DNA of 57,364 nt, filler included, from Trichosphaerium sp. ATCC 40318 (GCA_038496445.1; 3 parts of 3 records of this genome joined end to end with filler, not necessarily neighbours in it), one strand, 5' to 3'. Numbered from the whole stretch's first letter, positions 12,549 to 25,880 are shown. Notes: generated from the sequence alone by a model not told the origin. Numbers and translations: made by a program.

Positions 12549-12954
12549 TACAATTTAGTCGGGCCTCTGCCTCAGCAGGTCGTCGCACCCGAAGGCTTGA
12601 GCGACTCCCTAGCTTACAACAGTAAATGCCCTAAGACCCTGTTCGAGTTCCCGTGGTTTACGGGGCCCCTGCGGGCGTTTGCTAAGACGTGCTACTTGTG
12701 CCATAGTGTAGAACCTTTGCGGGCCGAAGCCTTTCGTTCGAGGAGGCGCAGCAACGACAATGTCGCCGCGCGGCTCTTGGCGGCTGGGTTTCCGACTTTA
12801 GAGGCCTTCAGCCGTACTCCCAATGGCGTGGCTTCGCGAACCGCCCTCTCGGACGTCCGCGGACACTAGAGGCCACCGATGCCCGTTCCTCTCGTACTGA
12901 GGCATCGCTACCGACGACGCGCATGTTAATAAAATAGGCCCACCAGTAGGGTAA

Positions 12955-12998
<44 letters not shown>

Positions 12999-13715
12999 GT
13001 AAGTGGGTGAACAATCCAACCCTTGGAGCATTCTGCTACACCTGGATAGGAAGAGCCGACATCGAAGAATCAAAAAGTCGCGTCGCTCTGAGCGCTTGGC
13101 GACCACAAGCCAGTTATCCCTATGGTAATTTTTCTGTCACCCCAGTGTCAGGTTACATGACTAGTCACGAGGGATCTCTAGGCCTCCCGTTAGGGTGCAA
13201 GAGCGATGGCTCCACTCTTGCTCAAGGGGGCTTTTAGCCTTGGCCTCTACGTGGGGTTTCTGTCCCCACTGAGCTCCCCTTAGGTCATCCGTGTTACCCT
13301 ATAGCGGATGTGCCGCCCCAGCCAAACTCCCGGCCACGCGCTGTCCGCCTTAATGCTTGTCAAAGTCCCGAAATCGGAAGGTAGTCCGCACTTTCGATTG
13401 GGCCCGCCTCATCCTAAGGACCGACTTGTATGGTTCGAGCAGCGCCACGTCCTCCGAAGAGGCAGGCGCTTTCGCCCGTTTTGAATGCGTCTGGGGCCCG
13501 ACCTCCGGAGTAGAAGTGTTACACCTTTCGTAAAAAACTACTTCCTACCCTATACCTCCAGTGCCAAGCCCCTAAGCGTGGTGAGAGTCAAACTCAACAG
13601 GGTCTTCTTTCCCCGCTGGTAGAAAAGTCGCCCGTTCGCGACTCTGTGGTTTCGCCACGGTCGGCGTAGGGACAGCGAGAACCTCATTCATCCATTCATG
13701 CGCGTCATTAGTTAC

Positions 13716-13765
<50 letters not shown>

Positions 13766-16379
13766 AACCCGTGCTTGGGTGAAATTAAGCACCGCAACTT
13801 TCAAAGCACTGGGCAGGAGTCACCCTTTGTCAGACCTCAGAGGAGGTATCAAAGGGCTAAGTTTTAAGTAAACAGTTGGGTTCTCTAAGCTTCTGAGAGT
13901 TCCGCCATGATCCGCTTGTGGACCTCTTTGCAGGGACTGTGCACCGTTCCCGAAGGGGCTACACTGAAGTAGCGCAGATGCACGTCGTCCCGGGTCCCGG
14001 TCAGCAGAGCCAGCCCTTTTCCCGAAGTTACGGGCCGCGTATGCCGACTTCCCTTACGCCGTTTACACCGTGCAGCGCCAGAGGTGACTAACCTAGGGGA
14101 CCTGATGCGGTTTTCGGTACGGTATGAGCCTGGAGGACACTGAACATCCGAAAATGTCGGCTTCGGAGAGGAGCAGCCTCGTGAGAACGAGCTCACCAAC
14201 ACCCCTAGAAAGCAAAAGTGCTTTCCCATTAGCTACCCTCGACTCTTTCCCTTCGCCGCTTTACGTGGCTCCGGGGAGTTTCCCTCGAATAGCTTAGGCG
14301 CGGGAGAAGGCCCCGCAGAAGTGTGGTTGCTCGCGTGCGCTCTCTCTCTCAGTGTTGCCACTTCTAAAGCAAATGCATCCTCCTTACCCATGCCCTGGAT
14401 TACTCACCAGGTTGCCTTTCGCCGAGTTGAAAGCATCGCAGACTTCCACCAGTCTTCAGAACAGTAAAGTTCATCTGAACAAAGTGTCGTCTGCCAGCAT
14501 CAAACAGTATACTCTATTAGGAGCTGGCTTAGGACCGGCTAACTCGCAGCTGAATGCCATCACCGCGAAACCCTTCCCCACTTGGGCGACCTGGCTGTGA
14601 TAAACACTGTTTCACCAGGCTCCAATTGCTACTACCACCAAGATCATCACTGCTGGTGGCTCCGGGTGGACGCCACCGCCCCCCTTCTACGCCACCAGCA
14701 CGCCGTCCTACCGCACCCTGGGCCGAGCCGGGGCGATCGCGCAGCGGCGGCTAAGGCAGTTTAGCGCCATCCATTTTCGGCGCGTCCCAATTCGGCTGGT
14801 GAGAAGTTACTCACTCCTTAGAGGATGACGACTTCCATGTCCACCTTCCAGCTGTCTAAACTGGAACACCGCCTTCGTTGTCTTGGTTACTGCCTATTCG
14901 GGCGCCTTTGCTGCTGCTCGCGTTTAAAACCGTCTCGTCAGTCCTGCTTATCAAGACCGGCCCAATAGGGGTCCACCGTCTCGGTGACCACAGCCATTCG
15001 GCCTGTGGTCGGTCGCCTCTTATGTGTTTGATAATAGGTCGATGGCAACTTTGGCCTCCGATACCTCTTTCCAGTGGCTCTACGAGACGAGACCGGCGTC
15101 ACGGACCCCCTCTATCCTTAGGGATACTTCGAACGGTACCAGCTACGTTGGCAGCTCGTTTGGTCTCTCGCCCCTATACCCAATGTCCGGCGAGCGATTT
15201 GCACGTCAGCAACGCTACGGGCGTCCAGCGGGATTTCTCCCGCCTTCCCCCTTTTCGGGTATAGATCGCTACCTTTCGGGTATCGCCCAACGTACTATCG
15301 CCTGCCAAGAGAACAACGCCGGAGATGGCAAAGTGTATCTACTTTGGTATGACGTGTTTTTAATTACTTGCGTAACATAAAAACATGATAATAGCATAGT
15401 CGGTTTTTTATGTCGATCTTTGCAAACTTATACATGTAATGTAATACGTTTGTTTTTTTATAAAGAACTTGACGGCCTAGGAGCTTATCCTTGGCTTCAT
15501 TTCTGTGCGGGTTGGAGGTTTGATCTCTCACCCTCGCACGCTCGGCGAACTCCTTGATCCGTGTTTCAAGACGGGATACACGGAGGCCATGGCCCAATAA
15601 GGGCATAGAGCCTCATTGAGGTTGTGGACGATGAATGACGAACTTCGTTCCTTTCGGAAGAAGACGTACATTCGGAGGTTTCAGTAATTTCAGTGAACCA
15701 ACGCCATTTAAAGGTTTAAAAGTGCTTTTTGATGTCCTTTCAACCAAACCCACGTTTTTATGCTTTTCAGCTTGTAGGATGGTGTGGACAGCACAATTAG
15801 CCAGTATGACTTTTTTGTGTTGTCACTTCTATGTTACCTTCCCCTCGACGTTTTGTTTCATTATAATCTTCCAGGGCACAAGGCCCCGGTCGCTTTTCCC
15901 TCGCTACAAGAGCGTCTGCCATGTGCAGATTAGGTGCAGGGCACCTACGTACTCCGTGCCATTTGTACCCTTGCCGGCTTCGGGTCTTTTAACCCTCTAT
16001 CGAGGAGTGCTGTTTCAGTCTTCCCTCACGGTACTGGTGCGCTATCGGCCACCTCCCGATACTTAGCCTTGCCGGGTAACCTCCCGGTAACTTCGTATGG
16101 CACGGCCAAACCATACTACTCCTGGACGATGGGACTCTATTTCCTCGGTTGACAGCGTACGGGGCTCGCACCCTCTACGGCTACGACTCGTGCGTAATTC
16201 CCGTCAACGTCTGGAAGAGCCACCACGCCTTAGCCCACAACTCCGATGCTAGGCTCGGATTCAGGCTTGAGCTTGTCCCCTTTCGCTCGCCGCTACTCAG
16301 GGAGTCCCTTTTGGTTTCCTTTCCTCTGCCCCAATGATATGCTTAACTTAGGCAGGTCGCCAAGTGTAACTCAGGACGC
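12549..16379 (-). rRNA. LSU rRNA, unit B
   Basis: Near-identical reverse complement of 2367-6200. Confidence 0.97.
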
Positions 16380-16575
16380 AAGTTGTGTTTTTTTATGCTT
16401 TCAATGTATAGAACCAACCTTCCCTCTGAAGCTTCGCTTAAGTAAGCTAGGCATGAGTTCTGGAGGAACATCACTTCCGGCAATTTATTTAATTAGTTGT
16501 GGCAACCACTTTCTTTTTTTAGAAGATTAAGTGTGTACACCATACGCAGCACCAAATAAATTTAGTGTTTGTTTT

Positions 16576-16743
16576 GCTGGCGTCGCTGAGTCACGCTCCT
16601 TTGCCTGTGATTCGTGAGAATACAGAACGCGGCCTGAGGCATTCGGCAATGCCACCTTCAGATGAGAGCGATTCCGGTGGCTGGTTTCATAGTGATCCAT
16701 GGCCTTCTTCGGGGGAGGTGCCTAACCGTTCACCGACAAGGTT
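16576..16743 (-). rRNA. 5.8S rRNA, unit B
   Basis: Reverse complement of 2001-2168. Confidence 0.8.
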
Positions 16744-16980
16744 TGGTTTCTTTCGAAAATCTTGACGTTCTTTATAGTCGTGCCACGACTGTGTTTTGGT
16801 TTGCCAAAATGGCGGTTGTGGAGCTGGCAGATATACAAGATATCACCACAGCAGAGGATGATTATATCTTCACTTACCGAGGTAAGATTGGATTTGCCAA
16901 ACCAGAGCTGATACTCCAATTTTTCTTTTAAACTTGGTTAAAAGTTGGTTTAATTGCTTCTAAGGGTTTAATACCAATAG

Positions 16981-19622
16981 TATTGATCCTTCAGCAGGTT
17001 CACCTACTGAAACCTTGTTACGACTTCATCATCCTTTATGAGCGCAAGTTCGAGCAGGTTCGATAACCGGCAAGCCGGTCGTCCCCCTGGTCTCACTCGC
17101 ACCCACATCGGTCGATGCGACGGGCGGTGTGTACAAGCAACAGGGACAGATTCCAGGTGCGTTGATGACACACCTGTACGAGGCATTCCGCGTTCGTGGC
17201 TACAGTTACAGCAACCAGTCCCTAAGCACGCATGTGTCTTTTCGGAGAAGCAGCATTGAGCACACTTAACATCCAAATCGACCACACGGTGCGCTTTCAT
17301 GTATTTTTTTTATGAACATTGCAGAAACTTGCTTCATAATAAAGTTTGCCTTGGTAAAGATATAATCTTCCAAGTCAAAGCATTTAAGTGAAGAAGAAAC
17401 CTTGTTTGTTAATTTGAAACGATCCACAGCTCTTTCAATGTTTACACTAAGGAGCAAGTCCAAAGATGTAAGTTTTCATCTAACAGCGCTTCTCGTCTTA
17501 ACATTAAAGGAATTTAACTTCCTAAAAAGCCTCGACGAGGGGGTTAACTCTTTATATTAGGTTCAGGACAGACTTTGTTGTGAAGGTGGTAGTTTCCGAA
17601 GGTGCGTTTAAGTGTAGTCGTATTTAGATAATAAAATCTGAGGTTTAACTCGCTGTCGTGAAGAAGTGTTCTGGCGGTTTCAGGGCTTGCCCGGATGCCT
17701 GTTCGGCCCAGGAACCCGTTGAACTAAGCAGTGTAGGCCGCGTGCGGCCCGGAATATCTGGGGGCATCCCGGATCTGTTATAGCCGCCGCTTCTTACGAC
17801 TTTTCGCCGTCAGTCCTGCACAGGGGTCCCGCACGAGGCGGGGGAATCAATGTGACAGTAGCGATCTCGCCCGTTATCGGAATAAACCTGACAGATAAGT
17901 CCACGAGCCTAAAACGACCATGCACCACCGTTAGCTAACTCGGAAAAGACCCTTCAGTCTGTTCGTCCCCTTAGAGCGTCCGATCCCGGTAAGTTGTCGC
18001 GCGTTGAGTCAAATTGAGCCGCAGCCTCCAGAGCCTGGTGGTGTTGCTCCGTCAATGCCTTTAAGTTTCAGCCTTGCGACCATACTTCCCCCCTGGGCCC
18101 GATTACTTCGGTTTCCCGTGGGAACGGGCCCCGAGCCTTGGTTTGCCCGGCGCCCATTCAGTCGGCATCGTTTACTGTGGAGACTACACGGGTCTCTAAT
18201 CCGCTTCGCTCCCTCCACCATCGTTCTAGATCACCGGCCACGCCCTTGCAGAGCGCCTTCGCTTCGGGTAGTTTGGATCAGGTCAAAAGATTTCACTCCT
18301 CGCTGATACCACACTCTCTACCCCGTACGCACCTAGTAATCGTGTGTTCTTTATTAGTGTGAAGACTAACTCAAGTTTTTCTCAAAGTACTTTTTGTAAT
18401 TCACAATGTTTTTATTCCCTTAATGAAGAACATGAGTTTTCACTCAGACTTGCATATCAGGATATTGTTCATACTTAGTAAAAATGAGACTTGAGCGTCG
18501 CACTTGGTAAAGTGTTGTTTTTGTTTTTTTAAAGCCCAATTCCAGGATGCTGGTGGGTGGCATAGCGGCCGAAGCCTAAACTGACCTTGCGTTTGAGCGA
18601 AGCCATTTATGCCTGGTCGGGCGATGAAAAAGAGTCGGGGGGTTTTGTCAAGAATAAACTCCTATCTAAACCTTGTCCCTCTCAGCTGTGTCGTTGTTTG
18701 GACTGCGAGCGCTTTAACAGCAACAGCAAAAGTATAAGCTTTCGGAGTGGGTGTTACCGCGGGTGCTGGCACCCAACTTGTCCTCCAATAGTTTCTCAGG
18801 GCGACATTCAGTTGCCCCTCATTGCGACGACCGGTTTAAATGCCGGCCTCGTTACACTCAGTCGCTGGCTCGATTTGCAATCAATGGCCAAGTTACGCGC
18901 CTGCTGTTACCCGTAAGTACAGGGGCCGTATCTAATGCCCCTTCTCCGGGAACCGAACCCTAGTTCCCCGTTACCCGTCACTGCCGCGGTAGGCCGTTAC
19001 CCTACCGCCTGGCTGATAGGTCGGCCGCCCTTCCGACTCGTGGAGGGGAGAACTCTCAACTTTATATCGATATGATCTTTATGAAAAAGCACATTCAGCG
19101 AAGGATCGAGATTTGAACAATGTTCATTTTTCTTTCACCTAGTTTCACTTGTGTAAACTTTACATTTTTTTTGAAACATGTCTAGTCAGAGAGAACTCCT
19201 CATAACTCCATCGCATGCCCCAACGCCGCTCTTCCCGACGGAGTACGGACGCCGCTTCCTAAGGGGAGGCTGCTTCCCTTGGCGAACCAAGATGGGATCG
19301 GGTGATCGTCCGCTCCTGAGCGTTGGATGCGACCGATGGGTCCTTGCAGCAGAGGGGCCCATCGGCAGCGCTAGGCGCATTACGTATTAGCCGCAGGTTT
19401 CCTTTAATCCCGGTTATCCGCGGGGGAGGCCACGAGTTTTGGTTATAGTGCGTTTAGGAAACAAGTTCCTGTGTGCAAAATGACGTGACCATTATTAGTC
19501 TTGTCGGGTGGGTTACGACCGTTTTAAGGAGCCGTTTGCGGCTCCGAGGATACCTCTTTGCTGAGCTTGCATGGCTTAATCCTTCGAGAAAGCTTATCAC
19601 TCCTGGCAGGCTCAACCAGGTA
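16981..19622 (-). rRNA. SSU rRNA, unit B, complete (~2.64 kb including insertions)
   Basis: Starts TACCTGGTTGAGCCTGCCAG at 19622, then GATTAAGCCATGCA, 530 loop GTGCCAGCACCCGCGGTAA; ends GAAGGATCAATA. Confidence 0.97.
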
Positions 19623-20057
19623 CCTTTTGCATCAGAGTTTTAAAGCAGATAGCTGCATTTAAAATAATTTCTCATCAGACCAAAGGTGGTTGAGGTTTTT
19701 AGGTGGTTTTTTGAAGAATGAACTTCATAAGAAACCATTCAATCTACATTCCTATTCTCTTTCAAGGAGGGTATATAGATGAAGGTCTTTTTGATGAACA
19801 TCACAAATACCTGGTGCCGGACAACATCAGCCTTTCTTGTTGGAGAAGAAGCTGATGTGTCTTGGTTATGGTTTTTATGGCAAGAGATGCTCATAGAGCA
19901 CATTGCCACAACAGCATAGGGTTGTGTCTTTTTAAAGGACTACTTTTCTTGATGAGTCATGCCTATTTTTTACTGAGTAGCCCTTGAGGCATCGTCGGTA
20001 ATAGCTTGCAACTGCATCATTTTTCATACACTCTTTTTTTTTTTTTTCTTTACTATT

Positions 20058-20290
20058 CAAGTACTTGGACTGTGCCTTTCCTTGTAAGCCTTCAAGTTGT
20101 AGCAATTAGCTACACTTGCTTTTATTGATGTACTTGGCTTGTGTGCCTTTCCATCAATTTGCCTTTCACATTTCTGCTTCAGGCTCACATCTATTATTAC
20201 CCAAGTACTTGATACTTGTCTTTCCATTGGGTTTTTGGATGTGAATACAACTTTGTGAATTATTGGAGCACTTTGACTCCTTTCATCCAC
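20058..20290. repeat. Three to four spaced copies of GTACTTG...(C/T)CTTTCC upstream of the SSU
   Basis: Copies near 20058, 20128 and 20202, weaker at 20268; ~70-nt spacing. Confidence 0.55.
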
Positions 20291-20297
20291 CTAAGCA

Positions 20298-21080
20298 TGT
20301 GACTTTGCACATACTTAGAGCTGTATTGCGTATAACTCTGAACTCGATTAGCATTTCTACACCTTTTTTTGGAGTGTTATAATGTTAGAAGAGCATGTGT
20401 TCATACATTGGCAGTTGTTGCCCACTGAGGGCTTCAACTTGATTTACATACTCCTGGTGGTGTGACTTGCACATACTAGGAACTGTGAATTTGCCTAATC
20501 TTGCATTCGATTAGCATTTCTACACCTTGTGTAAAGTGTTCTAATGCTAGAAGAGATAATCAGTTTCGTTCATGACTCGATTAGCATTTCTACACTTCAA
20601 ATGAGTGTTCTAATGCTAGAAGAGCACATGTGGTTTGTACACAAGTGGTTTTGCCCACTAAGGGCTTCAAAACTCATGTTTTCATGTACATTTAACTGTT
20701 TGCCCACTGAGGGCTACAAAGCTTAATACAACATTTGTGTATTGACAATAACTCGATCGACATCTCTTTATCAATCTGTTAATTTAATGACAGAGATAAG
20801 ATGAAGGAGGAGTATAGTGTCTATTTATTGTAAACAATGCATTGGTCCACTGAGACAATGATTTGTAACAAAGTGTATTTCTAATGATACAAGTAACTCG
20901 ATTAACACATTTTACATATGCAAGAAGATACTTTGGGTCACTGACAACATGCCACTATTGAAGTGAAATTGTTGCTTGTGTCATTGAGAGTACAGTTTTC
21001 TTTTTGTTATGATCCCAAGACTCGATTAACATTTCTACGCTCCGTACTAAAACTGCGTTATAATGATAGAAGAGAACTCT
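20298..21080 (-). repeat. rDNA upstream repeats with conserved hairpin ACTCGATTAGCATTTCTACAC-N-GTGTT(C/A)TAATGCTAGAAGAG and TTGCCCACTGAGGGCT motif
   Basis: Full copies near 20342, 20506, 20575 and 21020, half copies near 20751 and 20896; GCCCACT(G/A)AGGGCT near 20420, 20653 and 20702. Confidence 0.8.
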
Positions 21081-21956
21081 TCATTCTGGGGGGGTGGACA
21101 CAGTATTAAAGCTGCAATGTTACACATACAACAAACAACCAACGGGCATCGTCATCGATGGATATACTAAGAGACGAGCTTAACTCGCCCTTTCTATCAC
21201 ATAAAAAGCTAGAGAGAGTACCATACTTGGGGTTTTGTGTTGTTTTTTTATGTGTGCATAAGCGCAACTAGAATGCTCATGTCCAACTTCCAGTAGGAAA
21301 GAACGGATCGCGTAGCAAACAGGATTTACAGCCATGTGCTCAAAAACGCTCAAAACTCAATAGAACCACTGATTGTTCCATGTGTTTTTTGTTGCAATAG
21401 AAGAATACAGACCACCCTTTTCACTACGTTTTGAGCCACAAGTCGATTACCACTGCCTATGTGCTTTGTTTTTTACGCATTTTTCATAGGGGCTTTACGT
21501 GGTAGAAGACGACAGCATCATTCTAGGTCCTCGCGCTTACCGTCGCACCCGATCGCACTCCTGTTTTTGTTTTGGAATGTTGATCAGGCGCGATAGCAGT
21601 CACCGTAAATGTGCTGCACGATGGGCGGACCCATATCACCGTGCACTCCCTGTGGGCTCTTTCATCGGTAAAAACAAAAGGTTTTGCAGCATTGTCGCAT
21701 CTTTTCTTTCAAGAAGAAAAACGCTTTTGCGTTCGACCGATTATTTTTTGTTTTCTCGATTGTGCCAAGGGAAAGAGATCCGATTTCTGCAGGCGTTTGT
21801 CCGCTCAAAATTTTCCTTGTCTTTCTGCGCAGGCAAATCGCCTGGCAGTTGATGGAATTTGATTTGGTTTATGCCTCGTAGCCTTTTCTCCATTTACGCC
21901 GCCATTAGGCTACACGGTTGTAAGACTGCCTCCCTTTCCCGAAAATATCGAGTTTT

Positions 21957-22056
21957 NNNNNNNNNNNNNNNNNNNNNNNNNNNNNNNNNNNNNNNNNNNN
22001 TTAATTAATTAANNNNNNNNNNNNNNNNNNNNNNNNNNNNNNNNNNNNNNNNNNNN
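21957..22056. other. Artificial contig linker
   Basis: N-run/TTAATTAATTAA (stop in six frames)/N-run, 100 nt. Confidence 0.97.
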
Positions 22057-23442
<1,386 letters not shown>

Positions 23443-23759
23443 AATACACTTTTTTGTAAAAAAAAAATAAATAAAAAGAAAAACGCAAAGTTTTTACATT
23501 TAACTATCCGCAAAGGAGAAAATAGATCAAAAAATATCCAGATAATAAAATAATCTAAATTAGCGCTATCAGATAGCTTGTAAAAATTTGTATTTGTTAC
23601 AACTAAAGAAATGGAGCAGAGCTTGCACAAAAAGTTTCCTGTTTTGGTTTTGTACTATTGCATCCAAACACTGAAAGCTAGTTCAACCTCACCCCCTCCT
23701 GCCATCGCATTTGCGTGCACTAAACTGCACTAGGTGTATTGTCTATCCAACGTTGTTGT

Positions 23760-24643
23760 TCAACCAAACATCTTAACCTTTGATTCTTTGACACGTCTTA
23801 ATTTATACCGTAATGGGTTTTCTGTTTGGTCTACTTTTTTCTGGGCTTCTAAGTTACGTATAACAACATCCACATTTGATTCAAATAGTAAACCACCTTG
23901 AATCATCTCATCAATAACAAAATGTACCTTTAAAATCGTTAGAGCTCATTGGTGAAAGAAATTTTGGAAAAAAAAAATTGAAAAAAAAAAAATGAGTTTT
24001 TGATGACACGTGGTTTGGAAAGTTACCTTCTCTACGTTGAGTTCTATATCCAGCTCGCATACATCTTTGAATTGTTTATCAAGGCATTGCATCTAATAAA
24101 AAATATTAGGTCATCTCTAGGAGAAGGAAAATGAAGAAAATTTCTGATGTTAGTACCAAAGTGTCAATAATTTCTAGAATCCCCAATTCTGGCTCGCTAT
24201 CATCAACAACGAATACAATAAACAGTCTAGCGTACTAAAAAGTATTGTTAGATGTATGACATCCCTGACAGCTATCGTTATGGATGTAGAGCCGGTTTTA
24301 ACTTTAAACGTTGGTAACCTTTTTATATATGAGTTTCGTCCCTTTTCCCCCTTCTCTTGCGCGTGAGAAAGTAATATAAACCAATATAAAAGGGATTTGT
24401 ACTTACATTTTGTCAATTCGCCATCTATGAAACTAGATAGTATTTTACGCTTACTCAGTAGAGATATAACATCGTGGAGGTATTCTTTTTTTTTCTCGTC
24501 GTCCTTTGGTTGTAGTTGATTAATTCACGTTTGTTGTAACACAAAACAGCGTAAGAGCTCATAATTTGGCGTACAAGAAGAGAATAGAACTTTGTTAAAC
24601 GCACTTGGCGCTCTTCGTTAAAGAATAGAATAGCATGTATCAT
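23760..24643 (-). CDS. Clathrin adaptor small chain, AP-3 sigma-like (spliced)
   Basis: MIHAILFFN..RLTKFY, YARLFIVFVVDDSEPELGILEII, LDKQFKDVCELDI, VHFVIDEMIQGGLLFE. Confidence 0.85.
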
Positions 24644-25001
24644 GTGAACCTATTTAGCCAATTGGAAGTAATAATGACGCTTTTTAACGGTTGGCACAAC
24701 GGAAATAAAAACTCACAATTTTTTTCTTGAATGTGTTGGACTGTAAGATCCTAGGGTGCAGCTCCATGTAGGCGTAAATTTGTCTTTACGTTGTAAACTG
24801 ACGCAAGACCATTTGCTTCGCTAGATGGTTAACTAACTGGGAAAGATTCTTTGCTAAAAATACCTTCATCCTAGTCAAGTTCCTTCTCACTTTCAAACGT
24901 TTTGCTCGAGAGACCACGTGCATTCGAAAGGTACTTCATCTTACAACATACCACAAATACCTTTTGCGCTTTCCACCCCAAGACGTTGTAATATCGACAT
25001 C

Positions 25002-25676
25002 ATGAGTTTATTACAGCTACTTACAGAGATAGTAGCGCATATCTTACGCCTGACACAAATCGCGATTTTCCGCTTGTCAAACTTGCCGTTTCCTTGCTTT
25101 TATTGTTCACGACGTAATTGGATACGACGCTATTTATATTACAAAAGTAGCTCTTGTACAAGTCGTAAAACACGCTGGTATTCTAAAAAACACATATATC
25201 AATGTTAACGGTGCATGTTGTTCTGATGACAACTGCATCAAACAATTTGCAGGTGTTCAAACGATTGATGTTGGGTATTCTTTAATATCAGATGAAGGTC
25301 TTAAAGCACTTGCTGGTGTTCATACTGCTAACATTAGTGAAACTTCAGTAGCTGATGAAGGTGTTAAAGCACTAAAGGGTGTTCATGAGATACAGCTGTA
25401 TCAGTGTAAGAATGTAACAGATGAAGGTCTTAAAGCACCTGCTGGTATTCATAAGATAGACTGTATAACTGTAATAATATAACAGATGAAGGTGTTATCA
25501 CACTTGCTGGTGTTCATACTATAACCCTCAGCGGCAATGCAGTAACATTTAAAGGTATCAAAGCGCTTGTGGGCGTTCATACTATTTACCTCAATCGCAA
25601 ATTAATAACTGCTGAAGTTGTTAAAGCACTAAAGGGTGCTCACTTTTGTGCAATTGAATTAAGTACACTCATTTGA
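25002..25676 (+). pseudogene. Intronless F-box-like + LRR protein, frameshifted
   Basis: N-terminal MSLLQLLTEIVAHIL; repeats such as SDEGLKALAGVHT, ADEGVKALKGVHE and TDEGVITLAGVHT in shifting frames. Confidence 0.7.
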
Positions 25677-25880
25677 CACTAACTATATAATGAGAAGCAC
25701 ATCGGTGCATCTAGAAGGGCACACCAAATCAATTTAGCAATTAAATAACGGTTATTTTTTTGTAAATTACTTTCTAATTTCTATTGTACATTAACTTATT
25801 CTTACAGCGGTGAAATCACGTAAGTATTGTAAAAAAAAAACACCCTGACAATTGTCAGGTGTGGTTAAAAACTATGAATA

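Noticed and set aside
21130-21230. Possible 5S rRNA (CGAGTTAAGC on the minus strand)
   Set aside because: No box C or terminal helix could be matched; an Rfam search would be needed
22001-22012. TTAATTAATTAA palindrome (also 42116-42127)
   Set aside because: Synthetic six-frame stop linker; adjacency across it has no biological meaning
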